A DNA stretch of 58,011 bases, filler included, from Sphacelaria rigidula (Eukaryota): NCBI GenBank assembly GCA_964200075.2. It is 3 parts of 3 records of this genome, joined end to end, with 100 filler letters (N's around TTAATTAATTAA, not from the genome) between each part and the next. Parts side by side here need not be neighbours in the genome. Positions count along the whole stretch, not along the records: positions 1 to 19,274 come from CAXNAA020000700.1; 2 more parts are not named here. One strand, 5' to 3'. How positions within the stretch are numbered: position 1 is the stretch's first letter; each line of letters starts with the position of its first letter. The position numbers were made by a program, and so were the translations under genes. Positions 1-12,500 of this stretch are shown here, in pieces. Under the pieces are notes generated by a model, which did not search any database, was not told the origin of the DNA, and saw only the letters and a list, made by a program, of their open reading frames with translations.

Positions 1-1759
1 GAGAGGAAGCTCCTCGCCCGTGTCCTTTTTGTGCCCTCGCTCGGTGATTACCAATCGCTCGAGAGACTGGCATCATCGATGTTACCAGCATGTACCTAAT
101 TTTCCATGTGCCAGAACATCGAGCTGCGCAGAGATTCAATCTCTCCTTGCATATCGAGCTCACCAATGCAAACATCGATTTCTCTCTGCCCCTCGTTTTG
201 GACAAGACGCGCCTCTGTGCGCTGAAAAACAGCAGGGCAATGTTCCCGTCACCGCTACTACTACTGTTCTCTGTCACGCACATGCCAGCAAGGGCGGTGC
301 TGCGGTGGAAACAACAAATACATCCAATTTGAACTTGGGGGGCGTTATTCGTCGTTGATTTTGCCCGACATGTACGTGAGCGACCCTCTGGGTGCCCGAC
401 GACGAGAGCGTGCGAGACGCCAGTTGGGGGGGGGAGGGGGGGGGGTGTATGAGACATCAAACACTTGTGGAGACCTTCTTGACATGCGGAATGAAAAGAG
501 CTACCTAGTGTGGTGCAAAGGGGTGCGTCCATGCTGCAATCTGGAGCACGCGCTGGCTGCGTGAACACCTCGATACAGTAGCTTTCGAAAATGAATTCCG
601 ATGTGAGAAGGTCACGCATTACAACCTGGGGCGAGATATGACCCCACGAAGAACAAGGGTGCTCTATGTTCAACCACTTGTCGTTGAATTTGACACCCAC
701 GCCATCAACCGCCGACCGCAAAGGTCTTGTGGCTTTCAAGCCCAACGCTGGCGGCAGTACGGCAGGCAAACCTGATCATAGCTAGCTTTCGTCGCTCTAC
801 TAGACTGGTTGGCGTCTGCACAGAGGTCGCCCGCCGTAGCAACATGTACCAAATTTCGCAATCTCTGTGAAAACAAAACCGTTCGGTTTTCCCAACTACA
901 TGATTAAGAGGACTCTTGCGGTCTGAGGAACCGTAACTTCTCTGTCCCCCCGCCAGGTACAAAATGAGGACGGTAGAGTCTTTGCAAGCGCACATAACAC
1001 GCGCGGGAAAATATTTAGGTTCTCCTCTACGAAATTCCGCGTTTTCCAGCCTGCAAACCGTTTAATGCCCGTTGCTTTCTAATAAGAACGTGAAACTGTC
1101 CATTTCTGTTCTGTTCTGTACTGATTCAATGTCAGCAAAGTTTGGTATTGCTGTTCGACGGTATCTTCGCACGTTTGAACGGACCCAAATCGGCCACTTT
1201 CCCTCAGACCACAAGAAACAGCCTGGATTCGTTTTTGAGGTTCAACATTTCGGTGAGGTTGAAGTCGCCATCGATATTTCATTTGTTTCGTCCAATAGGC
1301 TGGGATTCGCAAGCGGTTTCGACCATGTAACCCGAACCCAGAAGTTTCTGTACGCCAGCCCGAGCATGAGCAGTCCAGCAGAAAAACCATCGTCATTGTG
1401 AGCAGGACCTGAGTCTAAGCGCTACGGAACACGTAACAGAGCATGTTAAAAACATACTTCTTTGAACTAGTAGATGTTGAGTATCTGAGAGAGACTTCAT
1501 ACTGTTGCGCCGGCGACGACCGCCGTCAGCGAAACGACCCAATACGGCGACAGACGCCAGCGATCTTTGAAACGCAGCATCATTCAGCAGTCTGCTGAGA
1601 TATACCAGCAGATCAGAGTACAGCATCACTACAGTACAGTCGTCAGTTGGATGAAATGGATGCCCCACAATAAAGCTTTCCATTAGATGCCAGTCTCTCG
1701 AGCGATTGGTAATCACTGAGCGAGGACACAAAAAGGACACTGGCGAGGAGCTTCCTCTC
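1..1759. mobile_element. Non-autonomous DNA transposon with long TIRs (left end outside the window)
   Basis: 1-74 is the near-perfect reverse complement of 1686-1759; no transposase ORF in between; the true right end probably lies further out. Confidence 0.7.
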
Positions 1760-3569
1760 TATCGTTGCTTCTCTCTCTGGTGATATCGTCATCGACACGC
1801 GTGTACACCGCATTCGTTGGGTGCACCTAGCCACAACTGATTGACTGCTGTAGAGTTTTGGGGGGAATTGTGGTCTCGCTCTGTGTAACTGTGTCGCTTG
1901 AACATCATTTTTGAGATCGACCTCATTTTTCAGGATACACTGTTAGGTCCACATTTTTCGGAGGAAGAAAAATGAAGAAAATTAGCCCGTTAATACGACC
2001 TCTCAGACCGTCTCAGGGCACTGGTGGCTTCGTCTGGCAATATTACCACATTGTACTCACATTTTTCATGTCCACTCAGATTCTTGTTTAGAGGCCATTA
2101 TCAAAACCCGACAGCCAAGCGCATCAGAGGAGTGAGCTAGCCTCCTTGAAGTGAGGTGGTGCAGAGTCCAAGACATATGACGGCTATACTCCTTGTCTAC
2201 GGACGAACAACTAGGTCAAATGTCGCAAAAAAATCAGACAAAAAAAGTAAACGATCCAAGGGGTCGCCCACTGCATGCGGAACCGTCGTCTCTGCGATTG
2301 TGCTGTTTCTCTATTATAAAATAGTAGCGTGACAGCACGGTCGATTAAGGCTTCAAGCCATACGAAGCGACGGGTGCCCTTGAAAAATTGCACACACCAC
2401 CTATTGATCAGGTGAGATAGCCGGGTAGACAATAGTCCACGTGCCAGCATGTCGCAGTTTACTTTCGAAACCTTTTGCGACAAACCTGTTGCGCTAAAAA
2501 GAGAAGCGAAGTGGAAGCATTCGTGCATTCCATCTCTCTGATCTGGTACGTTAACTTCTACCTCTCTCCTCTTGTTCTGTGTCTTCTCTTATGTTACTTT
2601 GAGCCACGTCTCGTGGGGATCGGGTATTTTTCCGTCGGATTTGTTTTGGGGCCTTGGACAGCCCTTGTCAGGACAGCCCTTGTCAGCCCAAACAGAAAAT
2701 ATCGCCAACACACTTGTTCGGACATTTTCGAAACCCCGAGGCGTAGCAATTCGGACGAGTAAGGTGGACTCTCACCTCCTGTCTGAAGCCCCTGAGGGGG
2801 CATGCCAAGATTCTCTAGCGATCGGTCTGAACATGTGGTATCTACCATCTAATGTTGTCATTATCTCTTTTTATCTTCCCTCTCTTCTTCCTTCTGTCCC
2901 ACTCATTGTCGAGTATTGCGTAGCGAGGGTTTCCCATTGAGTTGCCTCGGGTGCATACACTGTAACCACGGCTGGATACGGACCTCGATCGGTCTACTCT
3001 TTGACCGCTCGGGTGTGTTCAGTCCTAAATGACCAGTATCTTTGCATGAAAAACAACTCCCCAGACTCAGATTACTATATGAGGGCGCTCAAAGGGTTAA
3101 CGTGATATGATCAACCGAACACTTGATCAACGGATCACCACGAGGAGCGTAAGGTGACAACTTGACCGTTCCTCAGCAGGGCTAGCTCGTAGCACAAATG
3201 GACTCATTCGTCAACCCTAGAGTGAAATTGATGGTTATCCCGCGCACGCAATGCACGCTTGGGCCCTTGCATGTAGCCCAATGGCTATCTACAAGTACCC
3301 CTCGCGATACCAGCGCTAACCATCTCACCGTCCTCGTTTAGCGCAAGCTGCAGCAGCAGCAGCAGGCGATAGGGGTCCATCAATTTCCTTCTTGAATTTG
3401 TGTTCACTAGCACTGTTGGTATTGCTGTAGCACCACGACACCAACGGCACAAATACTACCAAGTCTTCCTCAAAACGAGGTCTCCGAACAAGACGCACCG
3501 ACTGCCCTTTCCAGTCCCCTATGCCACGTGCTATCGGCATGCAGATCCACGCCATCCGCGTGCATACTA

Positions 3570-3593
3570 TCATGCTATCACCTCTTCCTCCAC
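3570..3593 (-). CDS. PK: Pyruvate kinase putative terminal exon (VEEEVIA*)
   Basis: Pyrimidine-rich acceptor ...CCTTTTGTAG|GTG GAG GAA GAG GTG ATA GCA TGA in phase 0 with exon 11; alternatives exist. Confidence 0.5.
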   Translation of the reverse strand: MEEEVIA

Positions 3594-6500
3594 CTACAAA
3601 AGGCGACCACGCCCAATTTTAACAAGGAGGTACGTACGCACGGGGGAGGGGGGGGGGAGAGGGAGAGGGAGAGGGAGGGGTTGGGTCTCCGGGAGGGGAG
3701 CGATACCTTTGAAAGTTTAGGCGTCGAGAAAAGGCGCCCCTCGTGTATAATGGTGTTGTAACTTCGAGTATGTATTGGGTGATGCCACAAATGAGTGTCG
3801 AGGGTTGAAACGGCGTTCATCAGCACGGCCAAATTTACTTGTATTTCAAATATTGGGTCACGACGTATTGCAGTATACAACATCAAACGGATTCTGTCAG
3901 CTGTGCCATGATGATGAATGCTCGACGAAACACAGCTAACGAGCACCGTTTGGGCTCCGTTATGTATCTGATGGCACTGGGCTCCATGTTGTCGCTCGAC
4001 CTCTCGCGACAGCTCGACGCACAGGTCCTGTCATGCGAACCGTGTGTTTTGCCAAGAACCGCTGCAAAGCCAAAGCTACCTGCCGAGGGGCCACGTCCTC
4101 TTACGAACAGTAAACTTCTGGCGAGGGCATGGTATCAACCTGACACTCATAGAGATGATCGTTACGGAATTCTTCTCCTAGTATCAAGCTAGAGTAACGT
4201 GGTACCAGGTTTGTGCGTATAATTTTCCGGTGGTCCAGTAACTTCCACTTCGCGGAGCTGTTGCGGAGTCTTTCACGGTCAGTAGTACAGTACTTGTCTG
4301 CACAGAGTGGCGCTCGCAGCTCCGAGGACACAGTGCGAATTTAGTCATGTCCTGGTGAGGGGCACGTTTCGTAGCAACCGCTTGCAATCTGTGCGTTGAC
4401 GTTCCTCCTGCGCCGTGCTCATTCCTCCACATTGGTACCGTGCCTGTGGCGCCAGCTGTCCATCCTGACTGTGATGACCCCTCTTCCCACGATGGTTTCT
4501 TCTCTGGGTGCCAATGCAATGGATTCCGTGGGGCATGACTACCTCAACTGGGGCACGACGGCCATCAAGACACAAGCCCGCATGTTCTCGAAAAGTAACA
4601 AGACTGCACTACGCGTGCCATGCCACCGAAAGTCCGCAACTACTGTGTACGCGTTGAGATTAATCAAATACACGATCCTTTTATTATTGAACGACACCAC
4701 TCAACCGCACCCATCAAAATGGCCACCGCGCGGAGCCTGTGGGTTTGGATAGATTCAAAAGATATACAAGCCTCGGGTACATCATGCTAGCAAAAACAGG
4801 AGAATCTGGCGTCTATATATATATATATATAAGCTGGTTCCGCTTGCCACTCCTTGGAAAATTTCAACTCGGTTGCCAACCCATGGCAACACAGACCCAC
4901 GTCGTGCCGCGATCGGCTGCTTGTTGTTCGGATAAGAAAGTATTGGAGCGTTCGACAACGTTTGTGGCCTCAAAACGGAATATATCGCGGCTGCGTGTCT
5001 CGGACGCTATCCATCGCTTCACTGAGAAGAATCTAGCCGACCCGTTTGATTTGCTAGCCTCCCAGGTTTTGAGAGTGGGCAGCAGACAAGAATACAACCG
5101 GAAATAGGCGAACATATGGATACCACCTAGACGAAATTCACAAGTATCCCTACAGTGCAGATGCCATACGCTCTCAACCCTTTGACCGCGATGCGGGTAG
5201 TTCATCTGGATCACCCATATTTTCAAGTGAAATTAATGCAGATTCAGCAGGTGCCCTGCCCTCGCGGTCGAAGGGTTCACTTCCGGTTGAATCAAGTAGC
5301 CGTGTTCGAAACCTGGGATCCTGGCGACTCGGACAAGTGTTCTAGACTTGTCTCAGTGAAGTGAAGCATAGCGTCCGAGACACGTAATGTCTACATTTCC
5401 TGTTTGACGGCCAGAAACCTTGTCAACTGCTGCTGCAAAAAAACTTAAAACAAAAAGCATCACGCTCTCAGAACATATGGTGTCAAGTTTCAAAAAAACA
5501 CCGAACACGAACAACTTATGTCGCCAATTTACACCCCCCCCGCCCACCCTCAAAGATAAAGTAATTACAACTCACGATCACCTCCTCAAAACTTTCCCGT
5601 GCGGCCAGAACAGAACTCACCGTTACCACCTTAAGCGCTAGCTCGTCACTCCCTGATCTCCTCTCGTGATCGCGGTAGGCTACGATAACCGTATCCCCCG
5701 GGGCGCACAGGCCCGCGTGGGCCGCGAGGCGAACGGCCTCGTGGGGCTGCTTGCTCGTTGGCTGCTGGTCGTCAAGCACCAGAGGGTGGAGCCCGCGGTG
5801 CAGGATGAGTTGTCGTCCGATCTTTTGGGTAGGGCACGAGCACATAACCTGACGATAGGTGGTTGTTGTCGTTGTTGGGAATCGTGGTGATAATGGTGCG
5901 CATGGAACATGTGGCGTATGGAATGAGAGTGGAGGGGGGCGGGGGGCGTACTGATGCGTTGCTTGCCTTTATCGTTCAACCATTGACCATGCATCCCTTT
6001 CGAGACGGAGCACCGTTTCTACTCCTAATAGAGACACCTCCAACATTCCGGCGCTCATTACGTTTCTTCTATACAGTACACAGAAACATTTTACATATCT
6101 TATCCCCGTCCCGTTTCGCCGCCTGTGGATCTCCCAGTATAGCGATCGCTCTCTCGCTTTTGTCTCATGCATCAAACGATTCCATGGCACCTCCGTTTAC
6201 TTCCCGCATTTTTCCCTGTAACACATCCCATTCCTCCTTATACAATTCAAGCTCTACCACTATACGAGTTCTGGTCTACATTACTTTGCCACAGGGGCGA
6301 TGCTGTGCATCTACTTCCTCCACTCGACTACTGGTAAATCTCTTCTTTCTGGCAAATCCAGGTCCCCCACCCGAAATCGTATTTTCATTTTTTTCGCCGA
6401 GTCCATTGGGCCATGCAGATATGCTTTCATCCCTATCCCCTCTCTCAACCCGCCGTATACCTTCAGGGGCTCTTCCTCGTCTACTTGCTGCCTTAGCGCT

Positions 6501-9500
6501 TTTTGCTCCTTATTTTCATCATCTTACTTTTGGACATCATCTCGACTTGGTTTTCCCTCCTATATCCTTCCATACGTTTCTCGACTACGCTGTTCCACCT
6601 TATTCCAGCCTGCCCTTTCATCCATTGCTTCCAAACAGCCCCATCAGCTATGGCTGGCAATCTCTTGTCTCGCCATGTTCTTTACGCTATATTGCCATTT
6701 CATCTTTCTCATGTCTCCATTTGTTTTCAAGTGGGTACATCCACAATTCTGCTCCTAGGGCTGTATTACTTGTCGTTTTCGAGCATTAAAAGTATTTCTT
6801 TTCTTAGCTGCTGCCATCGGTACTGTTTCAGAATTCTTCACCAACTTCGCGTCCCCCCTCCCATACTTCTCCAGCACATTCCAGCTTCGGGTACAATCAC
6901 ATTAATCAGAACATAAATCTTAATCTGAGTACCCAGGTGCGAGTCTCTTAGGATCACGTCCATCTTGCGCTTACCCGTTTCCATCACCACATTAATATGT
7001 GCATTTCAATAACACTTTTTGAGATATCTACGCCAAGGTTTTCATACTAGTCTACGATCGGCAATTCCTTTTCTCCTCACTTCCACTTGAACTCCACGGG
7101 TGGGGGGAGGCGACGCAATCGGAGATAGTCGCAACGAGTCGAAGAGTCGAACCGCAGAGAGGTCTGCAAATCATCTATCGACTACAGCCAACGGTAGCGT
7201 ATTCTTAAATGGGATGTAGCGTGGTGGTTCGGTTGGTGGGTTGAAAATAGATGAGGTAAATCAGCGACATGATTGTTGCCATGTACTCCCCGCATACGAT
7301 CGTAAAACACGAGCCATCTCGAGAGACTGCGCGTATCCAGCCAATAAAACACGCAACAATCCGAACGCACGATGAGGTGGTGCCAGCTCGGCGGGATCCC
7401 TCCTCTTGTCTTCCTATACTGACTGACTATGCGCGAAAAAATGTCACCAGTTACCGCGGCTCAAGACACCAACCGAAGAAGCCTCATCCGGTACAGTGTC
7501 GCGATACACGAAGAAAACGCACCGGAACGTTCGGCTTAAACTTCGCCACCAGCCGGGCGAGGAGTCCTTTTCTCGTCACAACCACAATAAGCTTCGCCTC
7601 TGCTCAGCAACCAGAGTAAGTCAAGGAGCGAGCATCAACAGAAAGGGGGCGGGCGGGCGGGCCGGGGGGGGTATTCATTTGTTGCTTACCTTAGTCGTTT
7701 AGCAATCGAACACGTGCCCCTTTCGAGACGGAGCACCGTTCCTAATCCTAATCGCACCTCCTTACTTGGGCACTCATTAGGCTTCTTCCATACACTACAC
7801 AAGAACCTTTCACATGTCTTATCCCCGTCCTGGTTCGCCGTCTGTGGCCACCATCGGGGAGGGGGAGGCGGGGGAGGGGGGGGAGAGAGAAAGGGTTCTG
7901 CTTCGCTTTACAATTTTTTGCCAGTGCACATGTATGCTTACTGCAAAAACTCAACCATGTATGCCTGACATTATACTATCGTGCATTGGATGATGACTAT
8001 CAGCACTTTCGCGGCCCGTCGATCACTTCAACCCCTCACCTGCGATACTTCACTCTCGTACCTATCCCTCATCATGTAAATGGGTTCTATTTCACGATTC
8101 ATGTCGAACATATATGAATGAACTGTGGGCCTCTCGCACAAGCCATACTCCCGTGACTTACATCGACCCCGTTGTCCCCGAGACGACGGTGACTTGAACT
8201 CTGACCCCTTCCACTCCCCTCGTGCTCATCTATATATCCTTCACCATTCTGTAACGGGGATAGTCTGCCACGCGATTTCGATGACGTGCGAACTTTTTAA
8301 TCTGTCCACGGATCGTGATGTTACCTACACAGCGAGACGCAACAAGCGAAACATTTCACGTCCCAAAACCGACCACACTTCTTTACTGAAGGTGACCACA
8401 GGATTGCGGCACCCCGGTATACAGATGGATGTCACATATATCAAAACCCGTACTGTAGCATCTAACCCTCTTCCCGCCCCCCTCCCCACCCAAAACAAAA
8501 CTCACTGAGGGTGGCCGCGGCGTGCACTGCGGCCGAGGCGATACCCTCCTCCATGGAGGTACCGACGTCCACCTCGCGAGGCAGCACCAGCTCCGGGTGT
8601 GCGCTTTTCCATCGCTCCGCCTCGTCGATGATGCGCCCCATCATATACACAGAGTCTACTGGGTACCTGTGGGTATGGCATAGTGATGCGCAAATAGGAA
8701 AAAAAAAAAACTGAAAAGAGACGAGAGCATGACCTCATCTCTTTGCCTCAAACAATTTCAAGCTACTGATGACTGCGAACAAAATCCTCATGTAGCACAT
8801 GGAGGCATCCAACAGAGCCACACGAAACGGTTTTTCTGGTGAGAAGTATCCACCACCCAGAAAGTGTTGTTCATACGCCTAGATGATCCTTAGAAAAAAG
8901 ACATAATGATGATGATGGTGATGATTAACCACAACAGCAACAACAACGACGATAACAGCGATAACAACAGCAGCAGCCGCAGCCGCCGCAGCAAAAGCAA
9001 ATGGCAGCAACTTATAACAAGCGATAGCAGACTCACTTACCGGCCCTGTGCGCTTTCCCCAGAGAGCATGACGGCGTCAGCACCATCGTACACAGCGTTC
9101 GTTACATCGCTCACTTCCGCCCTGGATGTAAGGACGCAGAACAGCGGGCAACAAGTCACGCACCAGCGGTGTCTTGTTTTCTACAAAAGGTCTCCCTTAA
9201 GCAGAAAACTGATGGCATGGGATGATTCATCATTATGCATGCATCGAGAACGCACACATATTCCCTGGCGGGGGGGGGGGGGTATTTATTCGTTGCTTGC
9301 CTCATTACTGGTCGTTTAAAGCATTGAACACGCGTCCCTTTCGAGAAGGAGCACCGTTTCTACTCCAAGTAGAGACACCTCCAGCCTTTGGGCGCTCAGT
9401 ACGTTTCCTTCGTACATTACACAAAAACCTTTTGCATATCTTATCCCCTTCCTGTTCCACCGTCTGTTGTCATCATCTTTCTCCTGGATAGCTGTCGTTT

Positions 9501-12500
9501 TCTCGCTACCGTCTTATGTACCAAGCGATTTCATGCCACCTTCGTTCACGTCCCGCATTTCCCCCTCTAACACGTCCCGTTCCTCCTTGTATAGTTCATA
9601 TTCTGACACTATATGAGTTCTACTCTCCATTGCTTCACCATAGGAGCAATTCTGTGCGTCTACTTCCTCTACTCGACTACTGGTATACCTGTTTCTTTTT
9701 TCTTTGTGGTTGGTCCAGATCCTCATCCCGAAATCGCATTTTCATTTTCATCGCCGAGTCCATTGGGCAATGCAAATATGCTTCCACTCCTATCCCCTCT
9801 CTCGACCCCTGGTATATCTTCAGGTGCTCTTCCTCGTCTACTTTCCGTCTACAGTTTTTTTGCCCCTTTTTTCTCATCATATCTCTTACTTTTGTCTTGT
9901 ACCCCCCGTACTCACCCATGGGCATCATCTCGCCTTCGTTCCCTCTATGTCCTTCCATACAATCTCGACTACGCTATCCCACCTTATTTCAGCCTGCCCT
10001 TCCGTCCATTTCTTTCATGCAGTCCTATCAACTATGGCTGGGAATCTGGTTCGCATATTCTTCACGCTATATTGCCATTCAAATATTCTCCGATCTCTAT
10101 TTCTTTCAAGTGGGTAGTTTCACAATTCTGCTCTCAATGCTGTATTGCTTGGTCGTTTTCGAGCATCCAATTACTTTCTTAGCTGCTGCTTCACCAGCTT
10201 CGCGTTTCCCTACCATACTTCTCCTGCATATTGCAGCTTCGGGACGATCACACCAATCAGAATGTCTCTCTCAATCCTGGTATGGAGGTGCGGGACAGAG
10301 GGGGGGGGGAGGGGGGGGGGTACTTCTACACGTCATACATACCTAAGAAGCCCATGCTTACATTTTTCGGAAAACAAAGTGGAACTTGCAACAAACAATA
10401 AACCTCCGTTTGCACGCGACGTGCCATCTGCACACCTTGTTGGCCTCGGGTTCGTTTGCATCGACTCCAGCATCTGCGTGGCCACAATGACCGGCTTGCC
10501 CACGCGATTGCACTCCCTGACAAATAATTCAACGGAGACACGGACGGGAAAATCAATCCAAGACAAGCGAGGAGGAGAGGAGTGGCTCGCAGTATAAGGC
10601 ATGATGGAAATAGGCCGGGGATTGATGGGCTTTCATACCCGAGGGCAACACGCGAAAGGAGGAGATGCCAGGCAAGGCAAGCATCGGTGTAGAAAGCGTC
10701 GTCGATAAATCGTGGAGTTCTTGATTATACCGCTGTTCAGGGGTGCTGCATGCTTGATCGGTAAAGGAAGGCAGGCGTACCGCAAACCTGTTAAGCGTTC
10801 GCGCGGTATATGAGCCATGCCCCCGTGGAGGGGGGGGGCGTCCTCATTTGTTGCTTGCGTTAGTCGTTTGACCATTGACCACGCATCCCTTTAGAGATGC
10901 AGCGTGGACGGGAGGGGGGAGGGGGGTGCACTCATGATCTTGCATGCCGTAGTCATTCGACCATTGATCTCGCATCCCCGCAAAGCCGGGACGGAGCACG
11001 TCGGGTTTCGCCGGACCAGGCTCGCAGTCAATCACCAAGCACGAAGCGCCGTGATGCGTTTGGCGAGTAGCATGAAGGGTGAGCTGCATCCTGCTAAGAT
11101 TTTTCGGCCCGAAGCGTACTAGATATCTTGCATTTGGATGACAGCCTACAATGAGTTGCTATATTTTCTGGTATCGCCACTTCCTGAGGCAGTGAAAGTG
11201 GGGGAGGGGGCAAATTCTTGGCCGAAAGTAACCACCACCCTGGACCGAAATATGTACCCGGTACGGACTTTCTCATTAGGTCTGTACCGGCCATCTAATT
11301 CGGTCTGGGGTGGCATTTTGGGAGGGTACTTCAGGTGCAGCGGTTAGCAGAATATAGCACCGGTCAAATGGTCTTGGCGTCAAAACTTAGTGACGTATCC
11401 GTAGCTCGACGGCGTTCTATCCCCGTCGCTATCCTTTGCCATCATTACGTGCGCACGGTAAACATGCCTTCATCCTACAAGGATGCACCAACCACTTGAA
11501 CACGCACGCACGCACACACAGCCTCATGATCCCCAGAGAGCACGAATTACGAAAGCAAGACTCCAGCAACGAACCACGCTTCGTTGTACACGACACACAG
11601 GAAATATAATCTGCTCTCGCACATGCGCAAGGAGACGCCAGACACGCACACGTCACACGGCGCCTCTATCTACATGCGACCGTCCAGGTGGTACCTGACC
11701 ATCATCTTCTGCAGGTTGGTGACCTGCTCGGCAGGAAGTTCCACGCCCAAGTCTCCCCTGGCCACCATGATACCGTCCGAGAGTTCCAAAATCTCTGCAA
11801 AATTATCTACAGCCTCTGTTGTAGGAAAGTCGCGCGCGCAAAAACGAACGTCTCTTGTTGGCTTTCGGGTGAATAGCATAAGCAGTGTCCAATTATACCG
11901 GAAATTTCCTGTCAAGCGGCAATCTCAACGGTGAGTGCGTAGCTCAACAGGCGTTGTGTTGTTGTCCCAGCAATTCCTAGTAAGAGTTCACTGATGAACA
12001 TATCAGGTCACAATCTGAACACACAAATCGTCTGGTGTGACGAGAGAGCAGCGGCAGCGTAGCAGCGGCGGCGGCAAAACAACCTCTCTCTAAGTCTCTC
12101 AGGAGGATGTTTTAAATATCAGAGCAACCGTGTGTGTATATACACACACGGTCTCAACGCAGTACTGAAGCGATGTGCTAGCAACTGGTACAGCAGCGTC
12201 AGATCTCGAGATCAAGTGAGAGAGGAGACCAACAACAGAGCACCTGTCGGGGGAAACAAGCAAGCAGTATAGCCACAGTCTGCAAGCATAACAGACAGAC
12301 TTACCCAAGTTTTCTATTTTGGATATAATACGAGCCGGGGGATGATCCTCCGGCCAGTGCTTGTCATGGACCTCGGCGATAAATTTCCTGATGGAGCGCA
12401 CGTCGTCCGCTTTGCGCACGAAGGACGCTGCCACGAAGTCCACGTCGTTCGTTATCCCGTAACTAGAACGACGATAAGAAAAAAAAAAAAACGAAAAAAT

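Noticed and set aside
4101-4139. Alternative PK last exon ([12 protein letters not shown]), or read-through of exon 11 to 5516
   Set aside because: Weaker pyrimidine tract than 3570-3593; cannot be excluded without RNA-seq.
5863-6789. 308-aa plus-strand ORF (and 9516-10346, 276 aa)
   Set aside because: Antisense shadow of the degenerate LINE within PK introns.
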